A program made the position numbers and the translations under genes. 64,000 bases of DNA from IMG/VR virus record IMGVR_UViG_3300009182_000042, positions 20,053-84,052 of that record, one strand, 5' to 3'. Below, in pieces: positions 28,001-34,811 of the stretch. The notes under the pieces were generated by a model. That model saw only the letters and a program-made list of their open reading frames with translations. It did not search any database and was not told where the DNA came from. Numbering within the stretch: position 1 is the stretch's first letter; each line of letters starts with the position of its first letter. The DNA is from a virus.

Positions 28001-28389
28001 ATATTGGCGGTGTTGGTTTAGTAGCATACGGACAAAAGACTCGACAACTGGTAGCTAGTTCGTTGGATCGTATCAACGTGGCACGTTTGGTAATTTACTT
28101 GCGTTATCAACTGAACACAATTTCCAAGCCGTTTATATTTGAACCCAACGATACGATTACTCGTAACACAATTAAACAACAGATTGAAAAACTATTGCTT
28201 AACCTAACAGCAGAACGTGCTCTATATGACTTCTTAGTTGTATGTGACAGTTCAAACAACACACCAAGCAGAATTGATGCTAATGAGCTACATGTAGATA
28301 TAGCCATTGAACCAGTTAAAGCTGTGGAATTCATCTATATTCCACTACGTTTAGAAAATACTGGCGCAATCAAAGGTCTGAGCAAATAA
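25021..28389 (+). CDS. Tail sheath protein (T4 gp18-like), enlarged by internal insertions
   Basis: N-terminal SPGVSVTVVDES; C-terminal YYPW, VPPS, PWFAPAGVRRG, GQKT, LDRINVARL, FEPND, IEPVKAVEFIYI. Confidence 0.93.
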   Translation: MAILQSPGVSVTVVDESFYTPAAPGTVPLIVIATESNKQNAAGTGIAPGTLAANAGTVYLLTSQMDLGATFGIPMFQTDAENNPVHASEVNEYGLQAAYSFLGVSNQAYVVRANVDLGQLTGSGTIPAGSPVDGTYWWDTATTSFGVFQYSAGGDPSNTAFYVKTVNTITNVAYTTGSGTYSPLGSYGQAGDYAVVALGSTLPTNTLWFKKYNTLSDGTAGSTAGNNVSWVAVGSTAWTSGWPTAIGTVAGVSFITSDTLVINGYTVTGATTYGGLVTAIGSNVTGVTASIQNGLLNLYSTGVDIVISGTLTSGAKTIIAPGTYKAPALSISPHYTVPQYSTYLNSSTVAGYPTGSLWIKTTTVNQGANWDIEKYNATTSTWIRQTVSQLYANNQSAMAALDVSGGGINIPVGQVYIKFNDTEASPTQANFKIYQRQVTGATVTTSAIITSGTLTSGSNTFQITSSQTGSSSLPSLVTVTFTAAGTTADANTLASAINAQTVGLVNIKASVTSSNQVTLQHIYGGDIRLVDGTNTPITKLFNITTSANFDPDPTSNGSDGKFIVTAWNWVNGSNVSLVTPSATAPTTNPTNGTLWYNTNIDVDIMVNDGTRWRGYLTSEGKAVVNPGVGFASGTTSTDPNGPIISATEPTVRSDGLGLNHGDIWVSTADLSKFPTIYKYNFLTKKWRLIDVTDQTGSLGMLFADARWSDNSANSGVSTGAGTPGTIVSLSASNYVDFDAPDPTVYPKGILLYNLRRSGFNVKKYVTGYVNTNAYNTRVTGSPLMTNYNPDRWVTNSPNSYKGVGQFGANAQRAVVVQALNALIQSNDQIRDEDSRVFNLLSCPGYLETTPALVGLNTDRGLLSFIVADAPAHLTPDATSLSNWGNNVNKATVDGPDGLIENHAYSAVYYPWGYTTDLMGNNIVVPPSHIMLRTIALSDNVSYPWFAPAGVRRGGVTNASSVGYVNAATGEFETVALNAGQRDTLSAVHVNPITYIGGVGLVAYGQKTRQLVASSLDRINVARLVIYLRYQLNTISKPFIFEPNDTITRNTIKQQIEKLLLNLTAERALYDFLVVCDSSNNTPSRIDANELHVDIAIEPVKAVEFIYIPLRLENTGAIKGLSK

Positions 28390-28401
28390 TAGGAGATTAT
28401 A

Positions 28402-29034
28402 ATGGCAATTGCGGCACTATCAAACTTTACGGTACCACTAGCTTCGGATCAAAGCGCAAGTTCACAGGGCATGTTGATGCCCAAGTTGAAATATCGTTTT
28501 AGAATTTCATTTGAAAACTTCGGAGTAAGTACACCAACAACAGAATTGACCAAACAGGTTGCAGAAGCGGCTCGTCCAAAAGTTGAATTTGAAAATCAAA
28601 CCATTGACATTTACAACAGCAAAGTATACTTTGCCGGTAAACCCAAGTGGAGTCCAATCGCAATCAAATTGCGTGACGATGTAACCAATGCTGTTAGCAA
28701 ATTGGTTGGTGAACAGAATCAGAAACAGTTTGACTTCTTTGAACAGAGTTCAGCGGCTTCAGCTGGTGATTACAAGTTTACCATGCGTATTGAAATCCTA
28801 GACGGTGGCAACGGCACCAGCACTCCTAACGTTCTTGAAACTTGGATCTGTTATGGTTGCTATATCCAGAGCACCAACTGGAACGATTTGAAGTATAGCG
28901 AGCAAGGTCCAGTATTGATTGATTTGAGCATTCAATTTGACAATGCTGTACAAGCACCAAGCGAATTGGCTATCGGTAGTCCAACATCAGTTCAGACTAA
29001 TCGCGGCAATAACACCAACGCATTGGGCGGTTAA
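28402..29034 (+). CDS. Tail tube protein (T4 gp19-like)
   Basis: Follows the sheath gene; PKLKYRFR, YFAGKPKW..I.IKLRDD, ETW...GC, L.IQFDNA. Confidence 0.85.
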   Translation: MAIAALSNFTVPLASDQSASSQGMLMPKLKYRFRISFENFGVSTPTTELTKQVAEAARPKVEFENQTIDIYNSKVYFAGKPKWSPIAIKLRDDVTNAVSKLVGEQNQKQFDFFEQSSAASAGDYKFTMRIEILDGGNGTSTPNVLETWICYGCYIQSTNWNDLKYSEQGPVLIDLSIQFDNAVQAPSELAIGSPTSVQTNRGNNTNALGG

Positions 29035-29042
29035 TATTTAAT

Positions 29043-29065
29043 AAGCCTACGAAAGTAGGCTTTTT
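29043..29065 (+). terminator. Rho-independent terminator
   Basis: AAGCCTAC-GAAA-GTAGGCTT then TTT, after the tube gene. Confidence 0.8.
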
Positions 29066-29113
29066 AATGGTTGCTCATTAACTACGTACTTTATATATTA
29101 AATAAATAATAGT

Positions 29114-30088
29114 ATGTCCTTCACCTCTAACCCCAATTTAAAACATGATCCTGCACTTAATTTCCGAGATCAGCGCCATGCCAGTAGGCTGTTTACAGCA
29201 GATCAGTTTAGGCTTGCACCCAAACAAAATTTCCTATTTCATGTGGCATTTGGCATCAACAAGGCGGCACTGATAAATTCAGAACTGGTACAGCGATACG
29301 GCAATGAAATTAACATGCTGGTGAAGAGTGCAGACTTACCAAACATCACACTAAAAGTAGATACTGTGCATCAGTACAACAGAAAAAAGAATGTGCAATA
29401 CATAAGTGAATTTACAGATTTGAGTATCAAGTTCCATGACGACAATATGGGATTGATTAATCATCTTTGGCAAAATTACTACACTTACTATTATGCAGAT
29501 CCGAGATCTGCCACAGTCAATGGATCATACACTAGAAATGCTACAAAAAACAGTAATTTTATTCCAACAGCATACGGCTTGGATAATAAAAGCACACGAC
29601 CATTCTTTGATTACATAAAAATATATCAAATGGCTCGCCATGAATATGTTGAATATTTTTTGCATAATCCAATCATTACCAACTGGAATCACAACAAACT
29701 GGATTACAGTCAGGGTAATACTCCGCATGATTTTGATATGAAAATAAAATACGAAGCAGTGAGCTATAGTCAAGGCAGTGTTAACGCTCAAAACGATGCT
29801 CCTGAAGGATTTGGCCAAACACATTATGATTTCACGCCCAGTCCGCTAAGTGGCATCAATCCTGATCCCAGTACAATAAGTCCCAGCTTTGTAGCGGCAT
29901 TGGATATTGAAACTATTGCTCCTGGAATTATTAACAATGTGATAAAGCAAATCAATACAGCACAGAACACAAAACAATCTTCAGCACCGCCATCAGCTAA
30001 TCTAACAACTTCAGCCAATACTCAAAGCACTGGCGGATTGCAAGGATATGCATTTCCGCAAAGTAGTAATACAAACAAGGCCACATAA
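29114..30088 (+). CDS. Tail-tube-fold protein (baseplate/tube initiator, gp54/gp48-like)
   Basis: Same pattern as the tube protein (PK..FLF, LVKSADLP, QYNRK, L.IKFHDD, IKYEAV); AATAAATA upstream. Confidence 0.6.
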   Translation: MSFTSNPNLKHDPALNFRDQRHASRLFTADQFRLAPKQNFLFHVAFGINKAALINSELVQRYGNEINMLVKSADLPNITLKVDTVHQYNRKKNVQYISEFTDLSIKFHDDNMGLINHLWQNYYTYYYADPRSATVNGSYTRNATKNSNFIPTAYGLDNKSTRPFFDYIKIYQMARHEYVEYFLHNPIITNWNHNKLDYSQGNTPHDFDMKIKYEAVSYSQGSVNAQNDAPEGFGQTHYDFTPSPLSGINPDPSTISPSFVAALDIETIAPGIINNVIKQINTAQNTKQSSAPPSANLTTSANTQSTGGLQGYAFPQSSNTNKAT

Positions 30089-30453
30089 TGATGATTAATA
30101 ACTTACCTAATACTACTAACGGTCCAGTTGCAGTCAAACAGTTTTTTGACAATTATTTTACAGGGACCGTTACATTTCCTGCAAATCAGATTGATGCCAC
30201 CACTGCATTCTTTACCAAACGAGGATTTGATAAAGTCAGCGCCGCAAGCACTGCAATTATTTTACTTAACCAAGCCAAAGCAGAAAGTGTCAGTGTGTTC
30301 ACATTGTTAGACAAGTTTAAAAGTCTTACCGATGTACAACTCAATCAAATTATTGTACAAGTGTTGAACGCATACAGAGAAAAAACCAGTTTACTAGGTT
30401 ATAGAACTGCCATGCAAACTGATACATTTGAAGCTCGTAATATTTTAGTGTAA
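30088..30453 (+). CDS. Hypothetical virion morphogenesis protein
   Basis: Translationally coupled (TAATG overlaps) on both sides within the structural operon. Confidence 0.55.
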   Translation: MMINNLPNTTNGPVAVKQFFDNYFTGTVTFPANQIDATTAFFTKRGFDKVSAASTAIILLNQAKAESVSVFTLLDKFKSLTDVQLNQIIVQVLNAYREKTSLLGYRTAMQTDTFEARNILV

Positions 30454-30881
30454 TGGCCAGCAAATTTGCACGTGGTAAGTTTACCATGACAACTCCTGAA
30501 AAATATGTAGGTACCAAGATGCCCACATATCGCAGTAGTTGGGAACTCACATTCATGAGATTCTGCGATACAAATCCCAGTATCTTAAAATGGGCCAGCG
30601 AAGCAATACAAATTCCCTACAAAGATCCCTTGACTGGCAAGAGCACAGTGTATGTGCCTGATTTTTTTATACAGTACGTGGACAAGCAAGGACGCATGCT
30701 GACAGAACTGATAGAAATAAAACCCAGCAGTCAGCAGATACTGGAGCGGGTGGGCAAGAACAAATTCAATCAAATGCAGTTTGTCAAGAATCAAGCCAAA
30801 TGGGCTGCCGCTGGTGCCTGGTGCAAACAGCAAGGATTGCGATTCAGAATACTGAATGAAAATGATATATTCCATGTTTGA
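30453..30881 (+). CDS. Head completion nuclease (T4 gp4 / TnsA-like)
   Basis: KY.G....TYRSSWE..FM.FCD.NP.I.KWASE, YVPDF, LIEIKP, NQAKW.AA. Confidence 0.85.
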   Translation: MASKFARGKFTMTTPEKYVGTKMPTYRSSWELTFMRFCDTNPSILKWASEAIQIPYKDPLTGKSTVYVPDFFIQYVDKQGRMLTELIEIKPSSQQILERVGKNKFNQMQFVKNQAKWAAAGAWCKQQGLRFRILNENDIFHV

Positions 30882-30898
30882 TCTGGATAAGTAATTGT

Positions 30899-31381
30899 AT
30901 GACTAAAAAACTAGAGGAAGTGTTGAATCTTCCAGAAAACAAAAAGATCATCAAGGACGAAGAAAAGCGTCAAGTAAAAGCTGAAGTTGCACAGCCATTT
31001 CTTCGTGATATGCAAGAGTTTGATAAAATATCAGCCGCACTACCGCAAGTCAAAGGCTTGGGCGATTTGGGCGATAGCGAACTGGATGCCTTGGCACAAA
31101 AAGCTCAGGACGCTTATGAAGACATAATGGATCTTGGTATGAATGTGGAAGCCAGATACAGCGGCAGATTGTTTGAAGTGGCTGCCAGCATGCTGGGTCA
31201 TGCTATACAAGCCAAAACTGCCAAACTGGATAAGAAATTAAAAATGGTTGATTTACAGCTGAAAAAGCAGAAAATTGACCAAGACGCTATGGGCATCGAC
31301 GACAGTGTGACACTTCAGGGCGAAGGTGTAATTGTTACAGATCGCAATAGCCTATTAGAAAAATTAAAGAATTTAAAATAA
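30899..31381 (+). CDS. Probable terminase small subunit (gp16-like)
   Basis: Helical protein with AYEDIMDLG...RLFEVAASML and DRNSLLEKL. Start moved from TTG 30878 to ATG 30899, 5 nt after GATAAGTA. Confidence 0.5.
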   Translation: MTKKLEEVLNLPENKKIIKDEEKRQVKAEVAQPFLRDMQEFDKISAALPQVKGLGDLGDSELDALAQKAQDAYEDIMDLGMNVEARYSGRLFEVAASMLGHAIQAKTAKLDKKLKMVDLQLKKQKIDQDAMGIDDSVTLQGEGVIVTDRNSLLEKLKNLK

Positions 31382-31402
31382 ATACATGACTAGGATCCTA
31401 AC

Positions 31403-32035
31403 ATGAAATCATTTACCGAATACTTAACAGAGAGTAAAAAAGTTTACCAATTCAAGGTAAAAATTGCTGGCGAACACCCCAACAATGCAGTTGAACAACT
31501 TAAAGGGTCTTTGGACCAATTCCATGTTAGTAGCGTTAGCAAAGGCGGCACTACACCAATTCAAGAACGTCACAGTGAATTTCCAGAGCATGCTAACATC
31601 GGTATGACCATTTATGACGTGACTACAGATTATCCAGCAACTGCCATGCAAATTCGTGATATGGTTGCAACTGGACTAGGTATTACACACAGCCACGTGG
31701 TTGTGCGTAACATGGCAGAAGAACGTGAATACGAAATTAATCACGAACATGATGATCGCACACATACTGCCTTAGTGGGTACAACACAATCACCTAGCAA
31801 TCATGGCGACATGATCAACGACACATACAAATATAATTTGCTTAAAGAACTAGGCAAAGAAAAACATTCCATGACGCAGGTCAAAGGATTTAATGACCAA
31901 ATTTTAGCCAAGAGTGCTCCGGGGCCGGCTAAAGAATATGGCAAGAACAAAACAACAACTAAAAAATCTGGGACTATAAGTGCTATTGGCACCAAACAGA
32001 ATAAAATCCCTGATCCAATGAAGGGAGCAAAATAA
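31403..32035 (+). CDS. Hypothetical late protein (probably head-associated)
   Basis: Begins MKSFTEYLTES, like T4-type internal head protein N-termini; AATAAATA upstream. Confidence 0.5.
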   Translation: MKSFTEYLTESKKVYQFKVKIAGEHPNNAVEQLKGSLDQFHVSSVSKGGTTPIQERHSEFPEHANIGMTIYDVTTDYPATAMQIRDMVATGLGITHSHVVVRNMAEEREYEINHEHDDRTHTALVGTTQSPSNHGDMINDTYKYNLLKELGKEKHSMTQVKGFNDQILAKSAPGPAKEYGKNKTTTKKSGTISAIGTKQNKIPDPMKGAK

Positions 32036-33120
32036 TGCAGTTATACGATTTGATAGCAAAATTAAAAACAATTGAAGAAGATACTGCTAGTATCGGCGGA
32101 ACTACAGTTCAGGATCCAAGAAATCCAGATATGATTACTTGGACCGATCTATTACAAAAGGGAATGTCCAACCAGATGATTCAAGCCAAATACCCAGGTT
32201 TAGATCCTAAACAAGGTTTAGTTTCTATTTGGCGACTACAGCAACAAGTTAATAAAACATATCCAGATATTAAATTTCGTCGTACCGACGGGAGTGTGGG
32301 GTTTGATGGCCGCAATGGTCCAGATACGATTGCACAATTTGAAAAAGCTCTCAAGTACGAAGAGATGAAAAAACAACAAGCCGGCGACACGCTGGCCGCA
32401 CAAACTCCAGACAATTATAATAGCGGCTATAATTTAGTTGACAACTTAAAAAAATGGGTAAGTGCAAATGTCATTGCTCCAATAACTGGTGCTAGCGATG
32501 CATATAATGATGCGTCTAGGCGTGTTCCACACCCGCAGACTGCCAATAATTCACCTATGGAAAGTATTCATAGTTTAGCAGAAAAAATGCGTAGATTAGA
32601 TGAAGGTTTGGAAATTATGCCTATGATGCCAGGACATTCAGACCATCAACCCGACAATGTGTCCATGAGTATCAATGTCAACGGTCAAGGCGAAGGCGGC
32701 ATCCGTAGCATTATGAATATTCTACGCGACATAGAAGGCAATAACAGTCACGGCGCACCAAGTCACGAACATGATCCAAAAGAGCCGCTAATTGGCGACA
32801 TGGTAAAAGACATGCACGATGATATTGATAATGATAACGGCGAAGAAAGTCCACTATCAGATGCTCCAGAAGAAGAAATGGAAGAAGGTAACGAGAATGA
32901 CGATGCAGAAATATGGGCAAATAGTGCTCACGGTGATGCGGGGCATCATACGCACGGAGTTGATGCAGTCACATTCAGCGGTGATGACATGAACAGCAAA
33001 GGTAAGATTAGTCCAGTAAGTCGCGCACCAGGTACCAACCCATTACGTGAACCAAGTAATTTTGATGAATCATTAGTTCGTAGATTGCAAGAGCACTACG
33101 AACAAATTAAAAACAATTAA
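32035..33120 (+). CDS. Hypothetical acidic late protein with a PG-binding-like motif
   Basis: LQQQVN...DGRNGPDT..Q resembles a PGBD half-motif; acidic, low-complexity C-terminus. Confidence 0.45.
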   Translation: MQLYDLIAKLKTIEEDTASIGGTTVQDPRNPDMITWTDLLQKGMSNQMIQAKYPGLDPKQGLVSIWRLQQQVNKTYPDIKFRRTDGSVGFDGRNGPDTIAQFEKALKYEEMKKQQAGDTLAAQTPDNYNSGYNLVDNLKKWVSANVIAPITGASDAYNDASRRVPHPQTANNSPMESIHSLAEKMRRLDEGLEIMPMMPGHSDHQPDNVSMSINVNGQGEGGIRSIMNILRDIEGNNSHGAPSHEHDPKEPLIGDMVKDMHDDIDNDNGEESPLSDAPEEEMEEGNENDDAEIWANSAHGDAGHHTHGVDAVTFSGDDMNSKGKISPVSRAPGTNPLREPSNFDESLVRRLQEHYEQIKNN

Positions 33121-33154
33121 GTTTCGTCGCAGTTAGCACTCTGTAACCAGTGCC

Positions 33155-33182
33155 AAATAGACCCTCCGGGGTCTATTTTTTT
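33155..33182 (+). terminator. Rho-independent terminator
   Basis: AAATAGACCC-TCCG-GGGTCTATTT plus T run. Confidence 0.8.
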
Positions 33183-33196
33183 GATTAAATAAACAT

Positions 33197-34801
33197 ATGG
33201 CCAAATCACTAGACGGCGTCTTAACCAAAAAGGCGCACAGCAAAGAAAAGTTCACGGAAGAACAAGTACAGCATTTGCTGGCATGTTCTGACCCTAAGAA
33301 TGGGTATGCGCACTTTGCTAGAAACTTCTTTCACATACAGCATCCTGTCAAAGGCAAGATGATGTTCCAACCGTTTGAATATCAAGATAGACTACTGCAA
33401 AGTTATCACAATTTTAGATTCAACATAAACATGTTACCACGTCAAAGTGGCAAGACCACTTGTGCGTCAGCATACTTGCTTTGGTTTGCCATGTTCCATC
33501 CGGATCAGACCATTCTGGTGGCTGCACACAAGTACACAGGCTCGCAGGAAATTATGCAACGTATCCGTTATGGATATGAATTGTGCCCAGATTTTTTAAG
33601 GGCAGGAGTTGTGAGTTATAACAAAGGGAGTATAGATTTTGACAACGGATCACGAATTGTATCAGCTACTACTACTGGTAATACCGGTCGTGGTATGTCC
33701 ATATCCTTATTATATTGCGATGAGTTTGCTTTCGTACAGCCTAACATTGCTACGGAATTTTGGACCTCAATATCACCAACCCTGGCAACTGGCGGACGAG
33801 CAATCATTACTTCAACACCCAACAGTGACGAAGACGAATTTGCCATCATCTGGAAAGAAAGTCAAAACCTCTTAGACGAATATGGCAACGAACGCACGGA
33901 CGGCCTGGGACTTAATGGGTTCCACGGGTTTCGTGCAGAATGGCACGAACATCCAGATCGAGATGATGCATGGAAAGCAGTTGAGATGGGCCGTATTGGA
34001 GAAGAACGTTTCCGTCGTGAGTATGGATGCGAATTTTTAGTTTATGACGAAACATTGATCAGTAGTCTCAAACTAGCAGAAATGTTAGGTAAAGAACCTG
34101 CGTTCAAAATGGGCCAAGTGCGCTGGTACAAGAAACCCACATCTGGCAATGTGTATTTGTGTGCGTTAGATCCCAGTTTAGGAACAGGCGGCGATTACGG
34201 TGCTATTGAGGTATTTGAAATGCCCAGCTTTGTGCAGGTAGCCGAGTGGCAACACAACATCACACCCATCCAAGGGCAAGTTAAGATATTTAGAGATATC
34301 TTAAAATACATACAAGATGAAATTGGCGGCATAGAAAGTTTTGATCAGATCTACTGGAGTGTAGAAAATAACACTGTAGGCGAAAGTGCGTTGGTAGTTA
34401 TTGATAATCTAGGAGAAGAAACATTTCCTGGTATATTTTTAAGCGAACCCATACGCAAAGGCAATGTGCGCAAATTCCGCAAGGGTTTTAACACCACATT
34501 TGGCAACAAGATCAGCAGTTGTGCCAAGGTGAAATTCCTTATAGAAGAGGAAAAAATGGTGATAAACAGTCGCAGTCTGATCAGTGAACTAAAGACTTAT
34601 GTTGCGGCAGGCACCAGCTTCAAGGCCAAAATTGGCGAACACGACGACTTGGTAGCGGCACTGCTTCTAGTGGTACGTATGGGTAATGTGCTGGCAGAAT
34701 GGGATCCGGAAGTGTTTGAACACTTAAAGGTAACTAGCGACTGGGAATCAGATCCTGATTTTGAGCCGCCATTGCCTATATTCATATCAACCGGTCTGTG
34801 A
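33197..34801 (+). CDS. terL: Terminase large subunit (T4 gp17-like)
   Basis: PFEYQ adenine-binding motif, Walker A LPRQSGKTT, Walker B LLYCDEFAF, ITSTPN, nuclease ALDPSLG and HDDLV. Confidence 0.95.
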   Translation: MAKSLDGVLTKKAHSKEKFTEEQVQHLLACSDPKNGYAHFARNFFHIQHPVKGKMMFQPFEYQDRLLQSYHNFRFNINMLPRQSGKTTCASAYLLWFAMFHPDQTILVAAHKYTGSQEIMQRIRYGYELCPDFLRAGVVSYNKGSIDFDNGSRIVSATTTGNTGRGMSISLLYCDEFAFVQPNIATEFWTSISPTLATGGRAIITSTPNSDEDEFAIIWKESQNLLDEYGNERTDGLGLNGFHGFRAEWHEHPDRDDAWKAVEMGRIGEERFRREYGCEFLVYDETLISSLKLAEMLGKEPAFKMGQVRWYKKPTSGNVYLCALDPSLGTGGDYGAIEVFEMPSFVQVAEWQHNITPIQGQVKIFRDILKYIQDEIGGIESFDQIYWSVENNTVGESALVVIDNLGEETFPGIFLSEPIRKGNVRKFRKGFNTTFGNKISSCAKVKFLIEEEKMVINSRSLISELKTYVAAGTSFKAKIGEHDDLVAALLLVVRMGNVLAEWDPEVFEHLKVTSDWESDPDFEPPLPIFISTGL

Positions 34802-34811
34802 TAAATATATC

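Noticed and set aside
33133-33156. Canonical CIRCE/HrcA operator
   Set aside because: Spacer is 6 nt rather than 9, the right arm has two mismatches, and no chaperone gene follows.
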